Translations under genes and position numbers: made by a program | Assembly (NCBI GenBank): GCA_001662655.1 | Contig: KV460286.1 | Source of the DNA: Pseudogymnoascus verrucosus | Taxonomy: Eukaryota | Length of the DNA: 64,000 bases | Direction: 5' to 3' (one strand) | Notes under the pieces: generated by a model | The model's database searches: none | What the model saw: only the letters and a program-made list of their open reading frames with translations | Told to the model about the DNA's origin: nothing | Part shown: positions 36,694 to 47,400 of the stretch, one piece after another | Layout: the number at the start of each line of letters is the position of its first letter | Numbering within the stretch: position 1 is the stretch's first letter

Positions 36694-39600
36694 CTACAAA
36701 AACACATTACTATCCTCACTCCCCGCGACCCGCTTCCGGCGACTGCTCAGAAAAAGATCCACCATGCGTCTGCTTCCCATAACTTGCCCATTCAACTCCA
36801 CACCTCTGCCTCCCACCACTACGCCTCCGTCCCCTCCCAGTCCGTCAACCTTAGTCGGTGTCCAGTTTTCCATCCCCGCCACCCTTCCCCCAACAGATGC
36901 GAACTTCTTCTCCGCAACCATCTGCGCAAGTCCAACCCCAGGGCTCGGCAACTGCGCGTTATCGTTCGACGCGCGCCTCCCAATCTTCTTGACGAGCTTA
37001 CTCGGTGTCTGCACACTGTGGAGTGTCGCGCTGGACTGTTTTCGCTGCATTTTTTGTCGTGCCTTGGAACTTTCGCGCTGGGAAGAAGGGGAGTTCCCTG
37101 TCGAGGTTCCCATCACATTTGCAGCTGAATTACTTACCATACGCTCTTTCAGGACAGTGCTCACGCTCTTCATGCTACTTCTCGATGGAGCCTGCCTCAA
37201 GGAGCCACGCACCCCTTTTTGGCTCGGGGTAGGCGTGACATTCGGGACCAGCAGCGAGCTTGATGATAGCTTACTCTTCAGGATTGGGTTTGGCGAGACG
37301 TTGGGATCCTCCTGCAATACTTCTAGTGGCTGGATTGGAATTGTAGTAGCTTTCGGCACCGAAAATGCCGTGTCGTCCCCCGAGATCTGCGCCGTCTCTC
37401 GAACATGGCCCCCGAATATTTTGGGCATCGTAGGCACGATGTGCGGAACGAGGTGGCCTGCAGACGTGGCAGAATCAACGTTTTCCTTCGCCCTCTCGAG
37501 CTTGGAGACTTGTGCGCTCATCCAGGCCTTCCAATCTGTACTCCCAGTGCTTGCATTAACACGATGTGGTGGCCCCGGAGGGCAGTAGGTAGTGCGCTCC
37601 ACCAAGACCGCAGATCCAAGTTTCCACGGCGTTGAGTCTTCGCTGGCTTGAAACGACTCTCCCATATCGGGTGGAGTTCGCCCACTTGTAGTTCTGGAAT
37701 AAATGCTCTCTGTATAGGCATAATCAATTCCGTCACCCTCCTGTTTGTCGGATTCACAATTAGCTAGGCTAAAAGCGGATTTTTCTCGTCGCAGACTGTC
37801 AGGAATGAAGGGACTTGAGTCAGCGGAGGACATTCCCATCTTGCCCATCGTAGAATTTAGATCTGCCTCAGCCATTGCCCGCCTATAGGGGCTAGGTGTG
37901 CCTCCGATATTGGTCAGCTCAGTGCCACCAAAAAATGTAGACCTGGTCTCCCTCGGGCCTCTGCTGACAGTGCCTTGGAGTTCGACAGCCGCCACAGCTT
38001 CTTGGGGTGTTATTTTGGCCGGCAAATCTCCCATAATGGGTGGTGGATATGCTCTGTAATTTGGTTTTTTGGTGATAACTGTAGAAGCAGAAGAGTTGCT
38101 GTGTCCACGTTTGTGCCCTATGGAACCACTGTCATAATAGCTTCTCGCAGTGTAAAAAACATCATTGCTTTGGTTCATGTTTTGAAACCTATCTGCCGAC
38201 GCAGAGAAGTTTTCGGAGGAATTTTTAACCCTAATAATGGTGGATTTATACCCTTGGCTGCTCTGCCGACTGTCCACCGAACCACTTCCTGGGACACCAT
38301 GTTTGGGTGATCGAGACGTCCTCGAGTTATCCTTTTGCTTCGTCAATTTAGCTTCTGGGCTGTTTTCATAAAGTCGCCTCATTAACGCTGAGTATACACG
38401 TGCGCTGTCAACCTGCCCGATAAACGGCGGGGGATGTCCATGTGTGCTTCCAGGGGGGTTGAAATCCGGGTATGCCGAATATTGATTTTTGAGGGTTGGG
38501 CGGTTAAACGACGAGGATGCCTTGTGGGTGCCATTTTCGTTGATTACAGACAACCTTTCCCGCTCTCTTTCCGCAGCTGCATAGCGGCTGTTGGCCGTTG
38601 TATCGGTGTTTGTCCAGCTCATCACTCTCGACTTACTACTTGCTTCACTGGTTAGGCTTTGCATGCTGCCAGCAATAGATCGTAGCCGATGGGAAGATGG
38701 GACCATACGAAGAGATGGCTGCTGAGTAGATACCGTTGAAAGTGTAGCACGAGCAGGAGGTGACTCCTCGTAAGGGCTGCCCAGTGCCGTTGGCGGTCCT
38801 ATCTGTATCTCATAGTCTGTGATATGAGACTTTTGAGCCTGAACTTCTTGATCAGGTATGGCCACACTCCCATCGCCATTACTCCGTCGAAAAAGACCCT
38901 TCAATTTATTTTTGAAACTCTTTGAAGCCTGTCGTGCTTTATTTTTTAGGGTGTCATCCCAGCTCCGATGATAGTTTTGATTTTCGGAAGCGATGGGCAT
39001 CCCGTAACTGTTGGTGCTGCTATTGGTACGAAAGGATCTGCGGAGTGACTTTTCCTCTCTTCTAGCCTTGCTCGAACGGAAGAGGAACGAGGGCTGTTCT
39101 CGAAGGCGCTGTTGTTCAACCTGGCGGAGGAATTTGTCTCTTGCAACCTGCACTGCAACATCGTATTCCGGATTTTGAGCAGACCTTGACCTGCCCCCTT
39201 GGAGAAAGCTCATAGACTTGGGTGCCCTCAAGGCTACGTTGCCCTTTGATCTAAACAGACCATTATTTCTCCGGCCCGCAATCGAACTCTCCGGGGTACC
39301 ATTGCTGAATAAAGGCCCCTGCGCCGTGGCAGGATGCAACATCGATTTTGATCTTCGTATCTTCCTGTATGAAGACGGCGTCGTCACCACGTCGTCCTCG
39401 CGCGTGTAATACTCATCGTATGCCGCCAGTGCCGTAGCATAACTGTCAGGCCCAACCTGCTTGAACGACGCCTCCAGCGACGAAGATCTGCTCTGGGGCC
39501 GATATGCTGCAGGCACGGGCACATCACCTGTGGATGCTTGAGGTCGAAGTGATCCTGTGCTTAATTTTCTCTGCACTGAGTTCTGCTGTATTGTTCTGGT

Positions 39601-39912
39601 GCCCAGTGCAGGTCTTGGAGCAGCCAATGGCCCTGCGAACCGCACACTCTGCTTATGTTTCAACGCTCCTCTTTTCGTGCCGTTATCAGTGCGTGGATGC
39701 ATATTCTCCTCCAGCGGATTTGCGGTGATGGCCGGAGCCACAGCGCCGCCAGGCCCCATGTCGCCACTCCTCTCTTGGGCTCGCGCAAATGCGTATGTTG
39801 CAGCAGCGTAAGCTTGCTGTCGTGATGTCTCAGGATCGATATGAGGCTGGCTATGGATGGATGCTGCTGATTTCCGTCTTGTGATCCTATTCGACTGGCC
39901 ACGCCGGGGCAT
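36694..39912 (-). CDS. Large Ser/Arg-rich, probably disordered hypothetical protein (~1072 aa)
   Basis: 3.2-kb uninterrupted ORF from ATG 39912 with short islands of order (SARVYSALMRRL, DWKAWMSAQV, MGSRRMVDLFLSSRRKR). Confidence 0.8.
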   Translation of the reverse strand: MPRRGQSNRITRRKSAASIHSQPHIDPETSRQQAYAAATYAFARAQERSGDMGPGGAVAPAITANPLEENMHPRTDNGTKRGALKHKQSVRFAGPLAAPRPALGTRTIQQNSVQRKLSTGSLRPQASTGDVPVPAAYRPQSRSSSLEASFKQVGPDSYATALAAYDEYYTREDDVVTTPSSYRKIRRSKSMLHPATAQGPLFSNGTPESSIAGRRNNGLFRSKGNVALRAPKSMSFLQGGRSRSAQNPEYDVAVQVARDKFLRQVEQQRLREQPSFLFRSSKARREEKSLRRSFRTNSSTNSYGMPIASENQNYHRSWDDTLKNKARQASKSFKNKLKGLFRRSNGDGSVAIPDQEVQAQKSHITDYEIQIGPPTALGSPYEESPPARATLSTVSTQQPSLRMVPSSHRLRSIAGSMQSLTSEASSKSRVMSWTNTDTTANSRYAAAERERERLSVINENGTHKASSSFNRPTLKNQYSAYPDFNPPGSTHGHPPPFIGQVDSARVYSALMRRLYENSPEAKLTKQKDNSRTSRSPKHGVPGSGSVDSRQSSQGYKSTIIRVKNSSENFSASADRFQNMNQSNDVFYTARSYYDSGSIGHKRGHSNSSASTVITKKPNYRAYPPPIMGDLPAKITPQEAVAAVELQGTVSRGPRETRSTFFGGTELTNIGGTPSPYRRAMAEADLNSTMGKMGMSSADSSPFIPDSLRREKSAFSLANCESDKQEGDGIDYAYTESIYSRTTSGRTPPDMGESFQASEDSTPWKLGSAVLVERTTYCPPGPPHRVNASTGSTDWKAWMSAQVSKLERAKENVDSATSAGHLVPHIVPTMPKIFGGHVRETAQISGDDTAFSVPKATTIPIQPLEVLQEDPNVSPNPILKSKLSSSSLLVPNVTPTPSQKGVRGSLRQAPSRSSMKSVSTVLKERMVSNSAANVMGTSTGNSPSSQRESSKARQKMQRKQSSATLHSVQTPSKLVKKIGRRASNDNAQLPSPGVGLAQMVAEKKFASVGGRVAGMENWTPTKVDGLGGDGGVVVGGRGVELNGQVMGSRRMVDLFLSSRRKRVAGSEDSNVFL

Positions 39913-40558
39913 GACGACCTTCCAGTGGGAACGGCGCACCAACGAACAGCCAAATGCGAAATCAGACTAGAAATGAAAATCGCACTCAGAGGGCAGCAAA
40001 AGCAAGGGCATGTGGGAAGCAAGAAGAACAACAAATACCCAAAATGCAAGACGCAAATGTCTAAGGGCTGCGTGCGAGAAGAGAAGAGAGATAGAAAAAG
40101 GACGAAGGAAGTCGGACCACGAGCCATGGTCGCAACTTCCTGAAACCGAAAATATCCCAAGGGAAGGAAGGAACCAACGGAAGGTTACTTACTACTTTTT
40201 GACTTCAGGAAACATCACCCAATATTTATGTGAGCCGCAGGGCTATACATTTTTCACGAAAGCTGGCAGCATTGCATAACACAGTTTTCAGGTCTTGGAA
40301 GTGGTTGAACAAAATGTCACACAATGATATATTGTCTATCGTGTGGACCATGTAAAACAACCCCCCCTTGGCAACCAATGATGATGCAACAATCTGGAGA
40401 GCCACAAAGGAAATAAAAGCACAATGCAAAACCTCAAATACCACCGATCCAGCTCCCATCCAACCTAAAAACCTTAAAACGCGAGAGATAAAACCAGCCT
40501 ATCCTAGACATATCACATCTATGTACTCGGATTCATAATCTCCTTCGAGATTACTAAT

Positions 40559-42411
40559 CTACGATGACTCCTCAAAGAACTCCTTGAGCTCCTCCTCGAC
40601 CAAGTCGTGGATCTTGTTCGAGAACTTCTCGATCTCAGAGGCAAGGTTCTTTGATCCCTTGACGACCTTGCCAGAGGCAACGTTGAATTCTGCCTTAATG
40701 GCGGCTTCCATGTCAGAGATAGTCGATGGCATCTTGGCGTTGCCAGACGAGTGAGGCTTGGCCTTGTAGCCGCCACCCTCAACGATCTCGGTGTAGTTGG
40801 ACGAACCACCACCGTTCCAGGCGAGAAGGTTCTGGGTGGAAGATGGAACCTCACCGAGAGCTCCAACGGTCGCAATGCTGAGGAGGTTATCCTTCAACTG
40901 CTTGGGTGTGATCTCTGCAACAGCGTAGGCAGAGTCGGTTGCCGGCTGGAGAGAAAGGTAGTATGCCAAGAGGCCGGCAATATGTGGGGAAGCCATCGAG
41001 GTACCGGAGATGGTGTTGACGGCATACTTGCTGCCAATCCAGGTGGACAGAATGTTGAGGCCAGGAGCAAAGATGTCATTGCACTTGCCGTAGTTGGAGA
41101 AGTACGCGCGGGTATCGGTGAGCGTGGAGGCACCAACAGTGACGGCAAGGTTGGCAGCGGCGGGAGAGTAGTTGCAGGAGTCGGCGTTATCGTTACCAGC
41201 AGCGACAGCAAAGTGGATACCCGCCCTGACGGCACCGTTCACAGCAGCATCGAGAGCCGCATGCTTGCCACCACCAAGAGACATGTTGGCAGTAGAACCC
41301 TTGAAGCCCTTCCTCTTGCCAGCCTTGGCCTCCTTGACGTTCTTGATGTGGCTCTCAGCGGCGAACTCGACGCCCTTGATGACATCGGACATGGAGCCCG
41401 ATCCGTTAGAGCCGAGAACCTTAACACCGTAGACGTGGGCCTTCTTGGCGACACCGTACTTCTTACCGGCAATAGTACCCGAGCAGTGAGTGCCGTGTCC
41501 ATTGCCATCGACGTCCTCGTCGTTGAGAGGGATGGTCTTTCCCCAGAAAGCACGGCCCTCAAAGTCGACATGGTCGATGAAAGTTCCGGTATCAATAACA
41601 TAAACATCAACGCCTTCGCCACCCTCAGCGGAATAGAAGTACTTGTTGAAGTTGGAGAAGCTCAGGCTGTCCCTGTGGGAGATACGGGCAAGACCCCATG
41701 GGGCGTTGCTCTCTGTCTCGTGGCTGTCTCCACCCAATGTGTGAACAATAGCATCTTTCTCAACGTACTCAACCTATCAATAGTTGTCAGTGAAAGCTCT
41801 AAAGTGGTTATGATGTGAAGTGCCGAGTCCATGCCGATGTACCCCGCACCAAGGGAGCGGGTCACGTTGCCACGTAACCCGGGTGCCTTCGAACTTGAAC
41901 TGAAGGGAAGCGGGGTTTGCACCATTACTCTGGGGAACGGACACCGTTCCTGTCCATTCCCACAGATAGAAGTATGATAAGGGATGGTAACGATGGATGG
42001 GGAGGATATGATGTGAGAGCTTTGACTGTTACTTACATCTGGGTGCCTTCGGACCTTCTCGATGACTGACTCATCGAAGTGGCCGGAGTATCCCAAGAAT
42101 CCACCGGCAATATTGTATGTGTGCTTGATGCCCTCGAAGATATCGGTGGTGATGGGGAGCTGGGAGCGCTTTCGCAGCTCAGCACGGTCAACCTCGGCGG
42201 CAACGTGTGCATCCTTGATCCAAAGCTGGTGGTTGACAGCAGCATTGGCATCAACGTGGTCCTTGAAGACCACGATATAGTTGTCGGGCACAGCCTCGGC
42301 GTTTACTGATGAGAGGATAGGAGCAGCATCGCCGTGGATGGTCTCTGTGCTGATGGTTGGGGCTGATGATACCAGAGCAGCGAGGGAGACGGCGATAACG
42401 GCGGAACGCAT
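40559..42411 (-). CDS. PRB1: Vacuolar subtilisin-like serine protease (Prb1/PepC/Alp2/Spm1 type), 2 exons
   Basis: Signal peptide, I9 propeptide, catalytic D (VIDTG), H (GHGTHCSG) and S (SGTSMASPH). The 'KRKGFKGSTANMSLGG' insert and C-terminal extension are typical of vacuolar members. Intron ~41774-42036. Confidence 0.93.
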
Positions 42412-44490
42412 GATGACGAGTCGTGCCTTGTGTCGTCTGTTTGAGGTGTCGTGTGTCTACCAGAGACCAGATATATCAACGGGACAAGAAGGCGAGATGG
42501 ATGATGATGAGATTGAGAGTTGGATGCTCCTTTTTTGAAGAGGAGGCGAGTGAGTTTGTTTATGAAGGATGATGAAGAAGGGGAGGAGGAGAGTTGATGA
42601 TGGATGAAGATGGATGGGGGGGGGGGATGGGTCGGGGTTTGGAGGCGAGCGAGCGAGCCAGGTACTCATTCTGACTACCCATGACAAGGAAAGGTTGGGG
42701 AAGGCGAAGCTCGGCCGGTGGGTACGAAACCCCACTAAACCTATTAGAGTGAATGGTCGGGATGGGGACAGGGTGTTTAAACCCGATTTGTTATGAAGCG
42801 AGGATAATAGTGGATCGGCCGTGGATAGCGATGATAGGCTAAGCGAAAGATAGTTTAGCGTAGGCTCTTATCGGTTGGAGGTGAGTGGTGGGTGGTGTAA
42901 GTGTGGTGTAAGTGGCAGTGAGCGTCTCGTGATACGGGACACCCGTGATACGTTTTAGTATGGGCCTGTTACCGCCTGTTACCGCCTTGTTACCGCCTCG
43001 CTCGGCCCTGAACCGCCCGGAGCTTTGCTTTGCCTCACTGGTGCTGGTGCCTCCTTGTCTCGTCGACTCATAGATTACATGGTATCTCTGTGTCTCTGTG
43101 TCTCTGCATCTCTGTATCTCTGTATCCCCCGACCATGTTTTCCTAGTCGGCCTTCCCGTGACCACAAGCTCAGGTACGGAGGGTGGTATGGTATGGTATG
43201 GTATCTCCAGTGCTACATACATCACTGTTACAACTGAGAGAGAGACCGATGGCATCATAGTACTCTGTCTGGTATGCATGGAGCTGAGCTGCGAGAAGAG
43301 AACTCTATAGCAATATCACGCACATGGACATGTCTCAGCACGTATTATAGTCCTGTATGGTGCTGGTAGTACGGGTTATGGGTTATGAGTTATGGGTACA
43401 TGTTACTGGCAGGATGCTGGCAGTTAGTTAGTACTATGGCTGCGACTATACTGCAAGGTACCATACCCTCCATGGCACACAATCCAGCTTAGCAATGATG
43501 TCATCAGCTAGCCACAGACACCCAGAGACACCACAGACACCACAGACATCACCCACCAACTAGAGCTGGAGTCACAGCTGCCATCTGCTTACTCCGGCCT
43601 TCACCCCCCAGAGTACATGCGACACCACTCTGTGCGCAGCGAACAGGAGTGTACTTGCTTGTTCCTGGACGGCTTCGGGCTATCAAGTCCATCTCCCCCA
43701 TGCCCATGCCCATGCCCATGTCCGTGATTGTGTGCTGTGCTTATCAGCTGCCAACAGCTTGCCACCTACCACTTACACCTACCACCTTTCTGCCTGTTAC
43801 CAACCCATAGTAAGGTCGTCTGTAGATACCAAGTAGGGATACCAGTACAGTACTCGACTACCCAGCCCATCCCTCAGTCAGTCGCACGTGCACACGTAGT
43901 TTCAATCAGCACACAAAGCACGAGCACGACAATCCCATTGCCATGTAACATTTAAGAGCAACTCGTCATAGCCGATCAATCTATAATACTCACTGCCACA
44001 ATACAAATATCATATCAAGGCAGAAGGCCTGTATCTATGCGCCTGCTGTTTCGTGCATCCCTCGTCTCTGCCCTCCCGCTCTCTCCCCTCCCGCGATCAG
44101 CGGCGGACGGACGGCGCACACGGCAGAGACGAGGCTGTAACAACCATTGGCCCTGTGCCGCGCGTCTATTACTCACTGACGATACTCAGCCTCGCCGTCG
44201 CCTTCCACACAGATAACGGCATGACGAAAGGCAGCTGCGGTGCGGTCCCTGAACTGAGCACATTCCTGTACCATCTCCTGTAATTGCATATTTTGTACTG
44301 TATGAGAGTGCAGCTGCCCTCACAGCCACCAAAGGGCCCTCAGTTGCCAATTCCTCCCCACATCTGCAACCTAATGTGCCAGAATTAGGTAACACGAGGC
44401 GTGAACCGACCAGGCTGATCTGCATGCTTTGCGACAGCAGCAGACAATGCTCCTAAGGAAAACGACACCTATTTGAGCAGAGGAGTCAGG

Positions 44491-47400
44491 ATGTCGTCTC
44501 GGACCGGTCGCTACCGCTCTTTGACTGCCAGTTCCACTTCAGCGCCCCCTCCACGGACCGAGTTCACCACGACACTCGAAGAACTCCTTCTCATACTCAA
44601 AGAGAGTCTCCAGAACCCAACAAAATTCCGGGTAGATGACATCACAGCTGTATCTACAACTGTACAGTCTATACGGCAATGTCTCGACAAGTCCCCAAAG
44701 TCTGATCGCCCCAGAGATGCCTTTAGACACCTCGACGGGTTCCAGACAATTTTAGACACTATCCGCTCTGTCTCGGGCTACTATCATCCCACAGCAAGAA
44801 CACAAGAGGAAAAAGAGAAGCTATTTCATCTCCTCGCAACTACTCTCGCCTTGTTATCGGACGCATTCCGAGGCCACCATGGAAATCGAAGATACTTTAA
44901 GAAACGAGTCGAAGGGGGCGGCTGGGCCGCCCTTGAGCAAGCAATTGCGAGCATCGGCTTCGGGGGAAGCGACTTTGACACATGGAGCGAAAACAAGTTA
45001 TTCGGCATATTGCTGGCCTTTGCAGTTGACAATGAGAAGCTGTACTCTCTATGCCAAGACATTCAAGGCAGCTCCTTTGAAAAAGACAGTTCACCATCCA
45101 AGAAAAAACCAGAGGAGCCTATGAAGGAGAGCTCCGAAGCTCAGGAACTAGCTAGTCGACCAGCGGCCTCGGGCAGCGATGACGGTGCATACGAAATTGC
45201 ACGGATGATAGAGAAGGACATAAGTGACAAGCTCAGAGATATTGATGGCCTCTGGAATCCAGATATCGCTCCAACCATAATCGGATTTTGGAAAGCGCTG
45301 CCTAGAAGCCGCCCATTGTCACTGGCCCCAACATCCATTGTAATAATATTGGCTCTGTCAAATATTTCCGCCGCTTCGCAGGCCAACCTGTTAGGTCTAC
45401 ATTCAACAGGAATTCTCTCGTCTATCCTTCCTTCGGCATTTGATGATGGTACCGGCCTTTCCTCGCCTGAACAAAAAGCCGTGGAAAATCTTTGTGGATC
45501 ATTGATGTCCCTTGGCTTGACTTCACTTGAAGATGCTCGCTATTTACTTCGTAATCGATCCCCTAGAGCTGCGGAATTTTTGCTCAGGATGACAAAGGTG
45601 ACGCAAAATCCGCCGCATATACAATTTGACCTGTCTCTCAATGGGTACTCTTCGATAGAGCTCCCCACTCTCGGTCGTCCATTTCCTCCTCCTTCTTCCA
45701 CTGCAGGTTACACCTTCGCAGCCTGGGTACATATAGATCGATTTGATCCAGACGCGCACACTACTATATTTGGAGCGTTTGATATGAGCCAAACATGCTT
45801 TGTTCTTGCATATCTTGAAAAAGATACCCATAACTTCATTCTTCAAACTTCAGTCACTTCGTCCAGACCGAGTGTCCGGTTCAAGAGCACAGTCTTCAAG
45901 GAAAACAAATGGTACTATATCGTGGTCGTCCACAGGCGTCCGCGAGCAATAGCCTCAAGCAAAGCAGCATTATATGTTGACGGCGAATTTGTGGAGCAGG
46001 TAAAGTGTCAATATCCATGTCTTCCGCCACAATCAAACCCCAGCACGGAGAGCTTTGCATCGTTTTCTTCTTCCAGCTCCAAACTAAATCCGGTGCATGC
46101 TTTTGTTGGTACTCCTCAAGACCTTTCAAGCAAGCTAGGACATGGTATGGTGTTTTCGAAATGGTCATTAGCATCGGCACATCTTTTTGAAGAAGCTCTC
46201 AGCGATGAAATCATTGCTGTCCACCACAGGCTTGGACCTCGATATAATGGAAACTTCCAGGATTGTCTTGGGTCCTTTCAGACATATGAAGCATCGGCTG
46301 CTCTGAGCATGAGAAATGACATCATGCATCCAGGAAAGGATGAGAAGTCTGAGATTGTGACTGCAATCAGGGATAAGGCAAGCAATCTGATCCCTGAATC
46401 ACGGATAGTGCTTAGCATTCTACCAATCGCTATACTGGGAGATGACATCCAAGGCGAACTTGATATGCCACAGCTGGTGGGTGGCCTAAGCGCAAGTGCG
46501 TCGACAAACCTATATCGCCTTGCACACAACACTGGCACGTCTGTTGCCATCAATGCCGCCATCCCTTTCTACAACGATGCACTGGTTTCTCCAAACGGCG
46601 TGGCTTTGTTAAAGGGTGGCCCTGTCGTCATTGTGCCCCAGGCACTTGACGATGCCATGTGGCGTCTTGGAGGATGCATCGCGATTGGAATGAAGCTTGT
46701 GGAAGACGCTACCTCCAGAGAAGAATTAGTACGGGCTGTTGAGATATTTTTTGAGAGTATCAAGGGCAGCTGGAGGAACAGCGAGGCTATGGAGCGTGAA
46801 AACGGCTACGCCGTCCTTGCTGCTTTATTGAGAGGCAAGTTAAGCGCTACAACTTCGGCGACATCTGGGAGTAGCCAGATTGGTGAAGCTCTCCCGACGT
46901 GTCCTGAAGAGCGGGACAAGGTAAGCTTCGAGTTACTTAGTGTCGTCTTGGGATTTGTTGGCTACAACCATAGGGCCCCAGAAGAATCTATGATAAACAA
47001 TCCCATGGCATACCGCACCTTGGTGGCAGACTTTGACGTTTGGCGGAAAAGCGCCGCCATTACCCAGAAGCTCTACTATAAGCAATTCATCACCTTCGCA
47101 GTAATGAGCAAGCATCACCATTATAATTCCAAGAGATTGGCACGCATGAGTAAGTGACGCTTTGCATAGCTGAATCCAAGCTCCCAAACTAATCAGAACT
47201 GTAGGGATTGTGAAACGCTTTCTTGACGCATTGAAAGCCGAGACCTTCACATCAGACATCTTCCCTGGGTTTGTAGAGGCATTTACCGTCCTAGTATTGG
47301 GCAGCCTGAATCCTGAAGTTCATCGTTCACTCGCCTTGTTTGTGACTTATTCTTTCCATAAGCCAAGCACTTCAGCATTGCGGACACCCAAGGCTAAATT

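Noticed and set aside
36662..37588. 308-aa plus-strand ORF
   Set aside because: Antisense to the 1,072-aa ORF and has no recognisable motif.
40751..41818. 355-aa plus-strand ORF
   Set aside because: Antisense shadow of the strongly codon-biased subtilisin gene; no independent protein features.
41840..41920. Possible TPP riboswitch in the protease intron (GGGTGC..GAACTTGA)
   Set aside because: Lacks the CTGAGA and GATAAT..GCG core, is antisense to the host transcript, and the host is not a thiamine gene.
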